A DNA stretch of 64,000 bases. It comes from Phaeosaccion multiseriatum (Eukaryota; Protista; Ochrophyta, other classes). Under the pieces are notes generated by a model. The model saw only the letters and a program-made list of their open reading frames with translations, was not told the origin of the DNA and did no database searches. This document shows positions 1 through 11,000 of this stretch, piece by piece. Positions within the stretch are counted from its first letter, which is position 1, and every line of letters begins with the position of its first letter. The position numbers were made by a program, and so were the translations under genes. The stretch spans positions 4,278,001 to 4,342,000 of the forward strand of contig OZ218951.1 of the NCBI GenBank assembly GCA_965112735.1, written 5' to 3'.

Positions 1-66
1 CAATGCATGGGAAAAAGTCGTCACCGATGCCAGCCTGCCCAGCGGCCTGCCGGCCTCCACCCAGGC

Positions 67-348
67 CTAATACTTTGGATTTTCCAAAGTCCACTTTGCC
101 AACCACTCCTTTTCGTTCGCTTCTGGACCCCACCACTCGTTCTTCTTGGGAAATCGTCCGTGTCTCGCCATCATTTCGGGCTTGGTCATGCCGCCGCGCT
201 TGGCCAGATTTTTGGCCCGCGACAGCTTGTGCTTCCACGTCGAACGATAGGAATAGTCCTTCTTCTTTGGCTTGGGTTGTTTGGTACTCACACCGGCTTT
301 TGTTGCTTTCGTCGCTTTGGCCACTCCCGTTGTCTTTGGCTTTGCCAT
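67..348 (-). CDS. Small basic hypothetical protein (93 aa, Lys-rich)
   Basis: ATG at 348 opens MAKPKTTGVAKATKATKAG...LENPKY*. Composition is protein-like and non-repetitive, but I recognise no domain. It lies 80 bp outside the left TIR. Confidence 0.35.
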   Translation of the reverse strand: MAKPKTTGVAKATKATKAGVSTKQPKPKKKDYSYRSTWKHKLSRAKNLAKRGGMTKPEMMARHGRFPKKNEWWGPEANEKEWLAKWTLENPKY

Positions 349-428
349 TAGGGGAGGCTGGATTTTTCTACCCTGGGTAGTTGGACTACTTCGCCATCTG
401 TGATCGCCTCTTCCCTTTTGAATTTGAC

Positions 429-660
429 CGTCAAGGGGCATCGGGTGCCGTCCGCTGGCCATCCAAAAAGTCGTTACGTTTCTGGGACGTCCCGTCGGGG
501 ACGTCCGGTGGACGTCCCTGAGAACAGTGGTGTGAGGGGGCCGTTCGAAAATACGGACGTCTTCCGTACGTCCGCATTTGTGGTGGACGTCCCGGGGACG
601 TCCACCATGTCCGGCACGCACCCCGGACGTCCACTGGCTGCGCGTGCTGGGGACGTGCAC
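429..660. repeat. Left TIR plus subterminal GGACGTCC array
   Basis: Exact GGACGTCC at 485, 499, 510, 585, 596 and 625; variants at 555, 566 and 651. Confidence 0.9.
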
Positions 661-759
661 TGGGCCTTGCCGTGCCGTGTACGTGTGTGTGGGGGGACGG
701 GGGGGACGGGGGGGACGGTGAAGGTGTGCTCGTATACCACAGGTAGGGGCGCAAGCTCG

Positions 760-2620
760 GCGTGGAATGTGCCATGACTTAGGTGTGGACTAGAAGAATT
801 GATATTAGTATGCATTTCAGTAGACTGCTTGCGAGGCGGAAGGCTCTGTCTACTACTTCCGTTCCAATGAGTGTTGCGCCTTCTGGGGGAAGGGCTGCGG
901 TACCGTTCGGACGGTCGCCGCTGCCTCTTGCTCTCCGCGGTCTTGGGGCCCGACTTGACCTTGTAATATGGCATTTCGGTGGGGTCGGTCTTGTCGAAGA
1001 AGAAGGAGTCCTGCTTGTAAAGTCGCCACCGAGTATTGACGGAATGGCTCTCCTCTTCTCGTTCCTCCACCTCCTCAGCGAAGGACAAATCCCAGTACCC
1101 GTCCAGCGTATCGCTGAGTTCGTAGTTGCTGCGGTGCCTGCTGCACTTGTTCAGATCGGCCGCGCGCAACAGTTGCCAGACCTTCCTTCTCGAGCCAGTT
1201 ATACCACGGGCGGCAGACCTCGCAGTCCCACCTGGGAAGCTCGCGCCGCTCCTCCTTGTTGCGCACCACTTCTCCTTCCCTTTCCCCATTTCTGCCGTAT
1301 TAGCCCGCTTGTGCTCCACCTCCTTCCTCCTGCTGCTGCTCGCCCATCCTCTTCCTTCCTCTCGTGTTGGGGCCGGGGCGTTTGGGGGTAGGAGAAGGGG
1401 GGGGTGTCCGGGTTTGGTTCATCATCTCCTCTGAGACGAGCCCGCCTCTCCTGTGGTTCATGCGCTTCTCCCGCGACGCCTCCCCGCTCCTCGCTGGTCT
1501 GTGTGCCTTTCTGCCTATCCCCCTAGTGCTGGTTCTCTCCCCTCTCCCTCTTCCTGGCCGGCGAAGCTCCCCTTGTGCTGAGTCTCTCCCCTCTCCCTCT
1601 TCCTGGCCGGCGAAGCTTTGGTCTTGCCCCCCTTGACCGATGCGCTCTCGTTAACGGAGGCCTCTTCGTCCTCCACGAAGTCGTCATCCTCCGTATCCGA
1701 ATCCGACTCCTCCGCCTCCTCCCCCACCGCCTGCTGCTGCAGCTCCTTTCCGCTCCCTCGTTCCTTCACCGGCGTCTCGCTTTGCTTCGGCGTCATCTCC
1801 TTTCCGACATCAACTCTGAGGGTGGTAGGTGGAGGCCTGCGTTGCCCCTCCTTCGTCCCGCCGGGTGGCCGGGCTCCGTCACCACCCCCTGTCGCTCTCC
1901 CTGTCCAACGCGGACGTCCCAGGTCTTCGCTCTCCCCGCCGTCGGTCTACTCTCCTACTCCATCTTCTTCGTCTTCAGTCGGAGACGAAGGTGTCGCGAG
2001 GGGGGCGGGGGGGGGCGACAGTACGTGGGATCTGCCCCCGGAGTTGGTGGGTGTTCGGCCCCCCCGGAGTGCACTTGGATCAGTATCGGGCAGCTCCGTG
2101 GCTCCGAATTCGTCACACGGATGATATGTGTTATAGTGGTCTTCCATGCGCGGGGTCCCTTGCGCTAGGACATCGTCGGCCTCTCCCTCCTCGTCTCCTC
2201 TCAGCTCCGCCCCCCCCCTCCTCGTCTCCACTCAGGTCCGTCCCCTCCTCCTCATCGCTCTCGCTCCGCTCTGCGTCCTCCCCGCTCGATTCCCCCTCCT
2301 CTCCATCCGAAAAAATGGTCATCGAATCTTCGGCAAAATAGGATACCCATTGGTTCTCGCTTCATCCTTGCAGGGGGGGGGGCTCGGTCGCGAGGGAGAG
2401 TGGGCTTGGAGATGGCTTCTTCGACACCTGCTCCGTCGGATCTGATAAGCGAGTTCTCCCACACACCGCCATCCCCGTATACATCAGGTCGGCGTCAGCC
2501 TCCGTCGAGTGGTTCCTGATGGTGTATATACACGCTGCCCAACGGCAGGACGAACATGTCTGCAGTGTACGCGTTAAATCAGTGCGCTCACTCGACGTCG
2601 AAAAACGTCTCTTAGCGTCC
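760..2620 (-). pseudogene. Frameshifted CtIP/Sae2/COM1-like gene (acidic disordered region plus C-terminal SAE2 domain) inside the TIR element
   Basis: About 1272-1060 reads EVVRNKEERRELPRWDCEVCRPWY, then after a frame change LNKCSRHRSNYELSDTLDGYWDLSF. This matches the CtIP C-terminal signature VVRxKxER-L-CxxC-Y / CSRHR / TPxxFW-F. The upstream D/E/S-rich pieces are split over several frames. Outer boundaries are approximate. Confidence 0.7.
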
Positions 2621-3429
2621 AAGGGGTGGGCCGGAAGGAACTACACGTACAGGTGCGCATGCGCGGGGGCGGGAGGTGCCGGGCATGGGGGGGGGGGGGG
2701 CCGGAGTTGGGTGGGTACGTCATGTTCAGCTCGTTCGTCTCCTCATTCGGTCTGTCTCACGTGCCCTTCCCTTCCCCTGACCTACTTACATCCACTGATC
2801 CGGGTTGATGTGCGAGCACATACAAGCATCGCGACTGGGTGACTCGGCGCCGATTCTGATATAGCTCTTGGTAAAACTGTGGCGTTCGCGCGAGAAGGGG
2901 GGGGGGGGGGCGGGTGGAGGTCCTTTGAGCAAGAGGCAGGTGGCTAGGTACGGAGGTGGCGTTCATGGAAGCGACATTAGGGGCGGGGAAATTATGTACT
3001 CATCCCTCAAACTCACCATCATCGTCGCTCATGGTGATGAAAGGAAGCAGGAAAAGTATGAAGGATGTAGGAATGACGGCCGAAGTGGCGGTTGAGGTTT
3101 TACTCTTAGAAACCGTTACTCTTTTTTTTTGCCCGTAATCATCAACGGCGAAAGGCACATATACAGGGACTGGATGTAAGCAGCACAAATGGAGAGGTAG
3201 GATAGAGGGCGAAGAGGGAGGGCCAGGTGATGGTGGTGGGTGATGGGAAGAGGCATGTTTGATGCGGGGAGCCGAGTAGGCAGCAGCCGATACTGCGGGG
3301 GAGGGGCGGCATGATGGACACGCGCATGAGAAAGCTGGTATACGGAGGAGAGGGGATGGGTTGGAGAGCGGGGGCGCGGCGACATGACATAGCGGGTAGG
3401 GGCAGATCGGTACGGACGGGAGGGGGGGG

Positions 3430-4640
3430 GGGGGGGGGGTAAGCAGAGGGATAAGAGGAGGAAGGGTGATGGGGGAGAGGCGAGAGTGTCATGGAGAGAA
3501 AGGTGATGAGGGAAGAGTGGATGGTCTGAGTGCGGGAGGAGGCAGGAAGCGGGAGCGATGGAGGACTTGGGACGACAGAGGGAACAGGGGCGGGTGGGCG
3601 GATTTGAGAGAAGCAGGGGCCAGGTGTGGTGGGCGACGGAGAGGGGAAGGGATGGTCGGAGAGAGAGAGGGATGGAGGGCGAAGACGATGAGTAGCATTG
3701 ACAGTGGGGAGAGGGAGGGAGAGGGTGTGTGGAGACGCGTTGTCTGCCTGCCGTCATATTCATGCAGGAGGCGAGTGTCCAAAACTGACCTCCTCCTCGC
3801 CCACCCCCGCACCCTCCCTCCCCCGCCTGTCCCTGCACTCCCTTCCCACGCTGAAACCGCAGGCCAGCCGCTGATGGCCGTCATCGACCTTGCCCGTCCC
3901 AGAGCAAGAGGTGAGCAGGCTGGACGGAGTAGCCGGGCTGGGCGAAGAGGGAGGGGAATGGGGGGGGGGGTGGGGAGGCCCAAAATTAGGTACAAGAGGA
4001 GGGAGGGTAATGATGGGAGAGTTTATGGTCTGCGGACGAGAGGGGGCAGGGAGTGCGAAAGTGAGAGGGCCTGCGATGAAAGAGGGTGCACGGGCGGGAG
4101 GGTTGTTTGGGGAGAAGTATAGCACAGGCATGGTGAATGATGGACGTACGGAGGGATGGTTGGGGAGAGAGAGCGGAGAGAGAAGGGCAGGGGGGCAAGG
4201 ACCAGCAGCATAGAGTGGAGAGAAAGGGAGTAGGAGAGTGCGCGGAGAAGCGACACCTCCCGGCCGTAATGTTTTAACAGAAGGTGCCCACGAATAACAC
4301 CTCCTCCCCACACACCCTCCCTCCCCCGTCTGTCCTTGCGCCCCAATCCACACCGAGGCCACAGACGCTGGCGGCGGACATAGACTCCACCCGTCCATGA
4401 GCAAGAGGTGAGCACATTCGACGGAATAGCTGGGCGGGATGGGGAGCGAAAGTCGAACAGGGAGGCAGCAAAAGGAGGGTGGACGGACGAGGCAGGGCTC
4501 CAAGACGAAAGAGGGCGCCTCCGGGCTGGATGGAGAAAAGGGTAGAGAGAGGGGTTCGGAGGAGGGACAGTAGAGCGACGTGTATGGAGGGTGTGTGGAT
4601 TTGAGACAAGGGACATGGGGGGGGGGGGGGGGGTAAGAAG
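3430..4640. repeat. Diverged ~500-bp tandem duplication (two copies plus a partial third) inside the TIR element
   Basis: GAGCAAGAGGTGAGCA at 3902 and 4399. Blocks 3790-3940 and 4300-4440 align, as do 3640-3740 and 4150-4250. Confidence 0.7.
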
Positions 4641-5199
4641 TGACTGACGCGGCGAAGCTGACCCAACGGCTATGACGACACAACCATAGACGAATGAGTA
4701 TCCACTAACACCCCCCCCCCCCATCCGGCTGCACAACGAACCCCGCCTCAGCAGAGCATAGCTTGGCGTGGTATGAGGAGGGAGAGGCGACAACAGAGAG
4801 GAGACGAGTGAACACCCACGGAATGAAGCAGAGAAAGTGGCGCGGAGACGTATGTCGAAATGAAGGAAGGGAGACAAGAGGCGGCTTGTCAAACCCCTGA
4901 CGTGGGTCCGACGCATTTCCAGTAGCATAACTACCGGGCCCGCAGGGCCCAGTAACACGCCACTGGCCGCCGGCTGGTAGCAGGTAGCACGTCGGCTGAA
5001 GCCGGCTCGTATTCTAGCAGATAGCACGCCGGGTGGAAGCAGCCGGCGATACTAACAGGTAGTATAGTCTCGGCCCGGTACTGTCCCAGGGACGTACACA
5101 ACCGCTGTGTATTTTTTTTTTAAAGTCAATGTATTATCCAAACCCAACCAAACACCGCGCCCGCTGTTCTCGGCTTCACGCCCCTCCGCCACCCGGCTC

Positions 5200-5445
5200 A
5201 CACGCACGTCCCTGGGACGTCCACTTGCGCCCGTGCGGGGGACGTCCACACGCGTTCTCGGCCAAAGCACGACCCGTCTAATGTACGCGCCTCGGACGGG
5301 CGCCGCTCGGACGTCCCGGGAACGTCCGAACGTCCCGGAACGTCCTTGGGTTTTTGGACGTTCCGAGTACGCCTCTTACCATGGCGTCCCAGAAACGTAA
5401 CGACTTTTTGGATGGCCAGGGGACGGCACCCGATGCCCCTTGACG
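5200..5445. repeat. Right subterminal GGACGTCC/GAACGTCC array plus TIR
   Basis: Exact GGACGTCC at 5215, 5240 and 5309; GAACGTCC three times at about 5320-5345; TIR at 5385-5445. Confidence 0.9.
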
Positions 5446-5620
5446 ACGTCACGCACGCAGCCACGGGCACAAAAGATACCTCGGGATTGGGCTTCTACGG
5501 ACTCTTTCTCTCCCCTCCTTTGGGAGCCCTTTGGCGCCCCTGGACCCATACCGAGGAACGTAGGGTGGGAACTGTGCCACCATCTGCTACCTTGCTCAAA
5601 ACCTCCCCCCTTCCCATTCA

Positions 5621-7036
5621 ATGCAGAGGACCTTCAGCACTGAGGTAGGACAGTTCTCTATCTCTTTATTCCTCAGTGGCCCTCAGCTCAGCCCCCCTCC
5701 CCTCCGGTTTTAGGCTACCCGTCTTGCCCAAGCCATCACCAGTGGCCAGAGCGTCCAAAGGGTGCAAGCGGCTGTGAGGGCCCTCGTCGCAAGGAACGGA
5801 GGAAGGAAGGCATGCTTGGACGAGCCCCTCGACGTGGACGGGAATCCCGCCTTAGTCTCAGCTTTGAAGACACGGAGGGGCGACATCATTGCTCTCTTGC
5901 TACAAGAGGGGGCGTCGCCCAACGCTCGGGAGCCTTTAGAGGGCATGACTGTGTTGAGCATTGCATCCTCTGGGCTAAATGCTGATATCGTACAACACCT
6001 TCTTTCTGCTGGTGCGGAGGTCGATGGGAGAATGAGACATTATGACGCTACGGCTCTTATGATGGCCTCCCAGGCAGGGAACGTTCTGGTGGTGCACAAG
6101 CTGCTGTCCGCTGGTGCCAGCGTGGACTTGGCTGACAGTGATGGCGCTACGGCGTTGCTCATGTCATCAATGAAGGGCCATCATGCAGTGGTGCAGCAGC
6201 TGTTATCGGCTGGCGCTAATCCTAACCACGTAGACGTGCACCGTCGCACCTGCTTGTTGGCGGCCGCAAGTAACGGACGTGACAGAGTAATAGAGCTGCT
6301 GCTCAGATCGGGGGCAGATGCTAATATGGCAAACGGCAATGAACGGTTTCCGGTTTTTATGGCGAGCCAAAGTGGTCATGGCACTGTGGTGGAGCAGCTC
6401 ATTGCAGCCGGTGCTGACCTCGGAAGGCGGAATGGGCCGGAGAGATGCACTGCGTTGATCGCAGCGTCTGCCAATGGACACCGAAGCGTTGTGCGGAAGC
6501 TGCTGAGGGCTAAGGTGGAGGTGAATGCGATGAGTGGCGATGGGGTTGGAGCGATACACTCGGCATCTCAGGAAGGCCATGCTCGCGTCGTGGAGGAGCT
6601 CATCTCAGGAGGTGCTGACGTCGAGACGCCGAATGCTCAAGGTTTTACAGCTTTGTTGCTGGCTGCTGTTCGGGGGCGTGGGGCAGTGATCCGTCTGCTG
6701 CTGTCTGCAGGGGCTGATCCTGACAGGGAGAACAGTGTCCATGTTGGAACGCCTTTGTATTTCGCAGCAGGAGAGGGCCACAGCGGGGCGGCGCTGGAGC
6801 TGCTCTCAGGAGGGGCCTCACTGGCAAAGGCCCTGACTCAGGCCCGAGGCCAGCGCGATGAAGCCAGTATTGTAGAATTCCTCCTGGCAGCGGACAGACA
6901 GCACTTTGCGTCACAAAGCGCGTTGGACCTGATGCGGGGCACTGACCTTCTCTTTAGCAAGGAAGGGAGGTTGAAGGTGTCGCAGAGAGAGGTTAGCCCT
7001 GAGGGGCTGCAGGAGGTGGCGGAGGGGATGGCATGA
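5621..7036 (+). CDS. Ankyrin-repeat protein, paralog A (2 exons: 5621-5644, 5714-7036)
   Basis: About 10 ANK repeats (e.g. GATALLMSSMKGHHAVVQQLLSAGANPN). A 24-nt first exon MQRTFSTE and a GT-AG intron join in frame; paralog B has the same structure. Confidence 0.9.
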
Positions 7037-7937
7037 TGAAAGGGGCGCCTCTCGCCTGCGGTGACGGGGGGCGGAAACTGTACTCCGTCGAGGCCCCAGC
7101 TTGGCCTGTGGGGTTTTTCAAAGGAGGTTGACTGAGTGTGTGGTGGAAGTGCGAAAGTGCGCATGACTTTTTCTCCCCCTGTCAATCTATGAGCGGCAGG
7201 AGCAGAGTTAGCTGTGATCACATCCGGTCGTGAGAACTCTTCTCTTCCACCGTCTCACCAACAAGAGGAGGGAGAGTGCGGTCCAGCACGATTGTGCCCC
7301 CTTTTCCCTCCTATACTGTAACTGTAATCCTTTGAAAGGGCTTTTATAATATATTTATTTTTTTAATTTTACTTTTTTTTTTCCCTGACTGACCCGACTG
7401 ACTGACTGAGATACTCACTGATTGACTCACTGCCTGCCTAACTGACTGACTACTGACTGGCTGGCTGGCTCGCACCAAGCCAAGCGAAATAATCGCACAT
7501 ACTCGACACGTCACCCCCTTTCGCCTCCCTTCGCACTTCAACGCCCTGCCAGCCCACCATAAGGGAAAGAAAAGCCCCCCCCCCCTCCACCCCCCGAAGG
7601 ACTGAGCTCTGCTTCGATCTCCTCTTCCATCTTCGATTCTCCGCTGCTTCCCTCCCGCCCCCCCTTTCCCCCCCAAAATCGATTCCAACGCTCCCCCTAC
7701 TGTAGCTTCATCAGCTCCGCCTCGGCACTGAATCGAATCGAATGGATTCTCTTACTCCTCCCTTCCAAGCAGCAGCTGCCTACCTGGAGGCCGCACCTAC
7801 TCGTATGCCTATCCCCCTCTCCAAGACCGTTCTACCCTCCTGTCAAAGCCCCGCCTGCTACTCTCCCCAAGTCAAAGGTCTTCCTACCCTTCTCTACCCT
7901 CCTCAAGCGAAAGCCCTTAACCCAAGCAAGCGTAGCC

Positions 7938-8045
7938 TTAACCCAAGCGAGCGTAGGGCTTCGGGGGTGCCTCGCCCTTCCCCAGGCGGCGCAGGCGCTT
8001 ACCCCGCCACAGAAACCGCACAGGCGTGCTCTTGAACCCAATCTG

Positions 8046-8094
<49 letters not shown>

Positions 8095-11000
8095 ACCCCA
8101 AAGGACCGGCGGGCAGGCAGCAGAGGGAGGGGCGTCACATCACGGGGTGCTATGCATCAGCCGGTAACGCTGAGCGGCAGGTGGGGGATGGGGGCAAAGC
8201 AAGCAAAAGAGAGACAAGGTACACACTTCAAATCCTTTCACTTCGCGCCGCCCGCCGCAACGTAACCCTCCCTCCCCCTCCCTCCCTCCCTCCCCTCTCA
8301 CCTGCTCTCTAAACTTGCGCTCGAGGTATCTCCTGTAGTTGTCGCTGAAGAGCTTGGGGTTGTTGCAGAAGATGGCAATGGACGGCGGTCGAGACGCCAC
8401 CTGGTTGCGTTGTGTGGTATTGTGTTGCGTGGGTGGGTGACGTTAAAACTCCTTACCTTACAAAGTAGGCGAGGAAGACCTTACGTACACTTACAAAGTA
8501 AGGAAGTGAGACAGGCAGAACCACGCACACGCACGCGCATGCACACGCGAACACCCACACTGATCCATAAGCACACACACGCACGCAGGCACACCCGCGC
8601 ACACACACCAACTCACTCAAGGACTCAATCACTCACCCTCTCACTCACTCACCACTCACCCCTCACTACTGACTCACTGACTCACTAACTCACTGACTCT
8701 CTCCCTCTCCCCCCCCCCCCTCTCTCACACATACGCACTCTCTCTCTTTCCCTCTCACACGCATACACACTCCCTCTCACAAATTCAGTGACTGACTGAC
8801 TGACTGACTGACTGACCGACTGACTGACTGACTGACTGACTGACCTGGTTGCAGTAGTACACTTTGCCGGCGTGTGCGCCCTTGCGCGTGGGGGGTGCCT
8901 GCCACAGCACCGCGTCTCGAAGGCACTGCCAAGTCAAGTACGTCAGAGGACGTACATACACGCACACGCACGCACGCACAGACACACACACACAAGGGGG
9001 CGAGGTGGGGGGGCCGGGGGGTGGGTGGGTGAGAGGGGGAGGGGAGGTAAACCGCTACAGTCGAGTCCGCATTGAAGTGTGGACGTGCCCGCTCTCCCGT
9101 TCTAACTCTCCTCGAGACGAAACCATCCACCCACCCATTGACTTATGTACCCACCCTACTCCTCACCTCGTTGAGCACTGACGTCTTGATGCGCCTCCTG
9201 TGCTGTGCCACCGCCTCGTCCACCATATCGAAGATCCTTTGCGTCCTCTGCCCCGTCTTGGCGGAGATGAAGACAATGTCCGCCCAGTGCGTGGGCCAAA
9301 GGATGGAGCGAACGTACTTCACGGCCTTGGGGTACGTTGACTCTGTCTTCTCCACGGCGTCCCACTGGGTTGGTGAGGGGGTTAGGTGGGTGGGTGGGTG
9401 GGTGGGTGGGTGGGGTGTGGGTGGGGTGTGGGTGGGTGGGGGGTAGGAGTAGGGCGAACGTCCTTCCTCTCTTCCTTCGTTCCCTTCTTCCTTCCTTCCC
9501 CCCTTCCCTTCCCTTCCTTCCGGTCTTCTTCCTTCCCTTCCTGCTCTTTCATCACTCGCCCACCTTGTTGCACACTACAATGCACGCCCTTCCCTCGTCC
9601 CTAATGCGCTCAGCAAGGATACGGTCCTGATCTTTGATGCCGTCCTCCACATCGATCATCAGAAGCACCACGTCCGCTCGGCGGATGGCCTGGGAGGGAG
9701 GGAGGGAGGGGCGGATGGAGGGAGGGAGGGAGGGAGAAAGAGAGAAAGAGAGAGGGGGGAGAGGGGACGAGTGGGGGCAGGAGGCAAGGACGGGCGGAGG
9801 AAGATGGGTGGGTGAGGGATAGGGGAAGGAATGCCGCTGCATCGCGGTGAGAATGGCCCCCCGCCCACCCACCCATCCACCCCCACCCATACCCATCCAC
9901 CCACATACACACCCATACAACAACACACATACACGCACACACACAAATATACACACACAAATATACACACACACGCCCGCACGCACACATGCATACACAC
10001 CTTGAAAGCCCTATTGATCATAAAGAACTCATTGCCATAGACAATCTTCTTCTTCCTGCGAATGCCCGCCGTGTCAATGAGCCTGTAACTCCTTGTGCCC
10101 CTCTCAAACAAAGCATCGATGGTGTCTCGAGTGGTGCCGCTCACGTCCGACACAATGGCTCGCTCCTCTCCGTAGAGCTGATTGAGGAGCGAGGACTTGC
10201 CCACGTTGGGCCTGCCGACAATGGCCACGTTCACGGTGTCTTCCTCCATGCCCTCGGGGCTCTCCACTTGGTACAGGTCCGGCATGATCTGTGCAAGTGT
10301 GGGTGTTGGTGATATGTGTGTGTATGTGGGCGTGTGTGGGTGTGGGTGTGTGGACGGGGGAGCAAGACAGAGGGAGAGATGGGGAGGGAAAGAGAGCGTG
10401 GAATGTGTTGGGTGTTTTGCCTCTGGTCTTGTGTCCGCGTTTTATGCTTCACCACCACCAATCCTCCACACATACACACACACACACACACATGCCTGCA
10501 GATACATGTACATGCTTCTCAACCCCCCCCCATCAGCCAGCCCCTCACTGACTTACTGAACCACTATAGTGTCGATATCGATTTCCATGTCATGACTGAT
10601 ACAAAATTAACATCGCGTTAGCGAGTCTCAAGGTATAACAGCATCATGTTCCCCAAGAATAAACATATGAAACTGCAAGTGACTAACCTCGTCCATCAGA
10701 TCTGCCAGCCCGTAACCGTGCAGGCCCGACACCGGCCAAGGCTCTCCGAGGCCAAGGGACCAAAAGTCGGCCGCTTGCAGGTCTCCCACAGTCTGAGGAA
10801 GAGGAGGGGGGGGGGAGGGAGAGGGAGGAGGAGGTGAACCAAGCAAAGAAGGGAAGAGGAAGAAAAAAAATAAGAAGAGGCATACACAGAGGCAAACACA
10901 CATACACACATGTAACACATACGTACGGCCCAGTTTGGATGGAGGGGGCGAAGAGGGCGGGGGAGGGACACACTGTTTTTCGTGTCGGGAAAGATGCATC

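Larger units (their letters stand above)
429..5445. mobile_element. Non-autonomous TIR DNA transposon (CACTA/CMC-like architecture), ~5.0 kb
   Basis: 429-489 (CGTCAAGGGGCATCGGGTGCC...CTGGGACG) is the reverse complement of 5385-5445 with one mismatch. Palindromic GGACGTCC subterminal repeats occur at both ends. Possible 2-bp TSD AC (427-428 / 5446-5447). No transposase ORF seen. Confidence 0.85.

Noticed and set aside
67-348. Histone H2B-like protein
   Set aside because: Only the Lys/Ala-rich start and KKKDYSY resemble H2B; no histone-fold motif follows.
485-660. CRISPR-like array of GGACGTCC repeats
   Set aside because: The repeats are 8 bp, irregularly spaced, mirrored at the far TIR, and in a eukaryotic context with no cas genes.
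474-1319. 281-aa ORF as an intact gene
   Set aside because: It crosses the CxxC part of the SAE2 domain in the wrong frame and runs into the TIR, so it is a by-product of frameshifts.
3116-5027. Long Pro/Ser- or Gly/Arg-rich ORFs as a transposase
   Set aside because: No DDE or other catalytic motif; the ORFs arise from purine/pyrimidine-skewed repeats.
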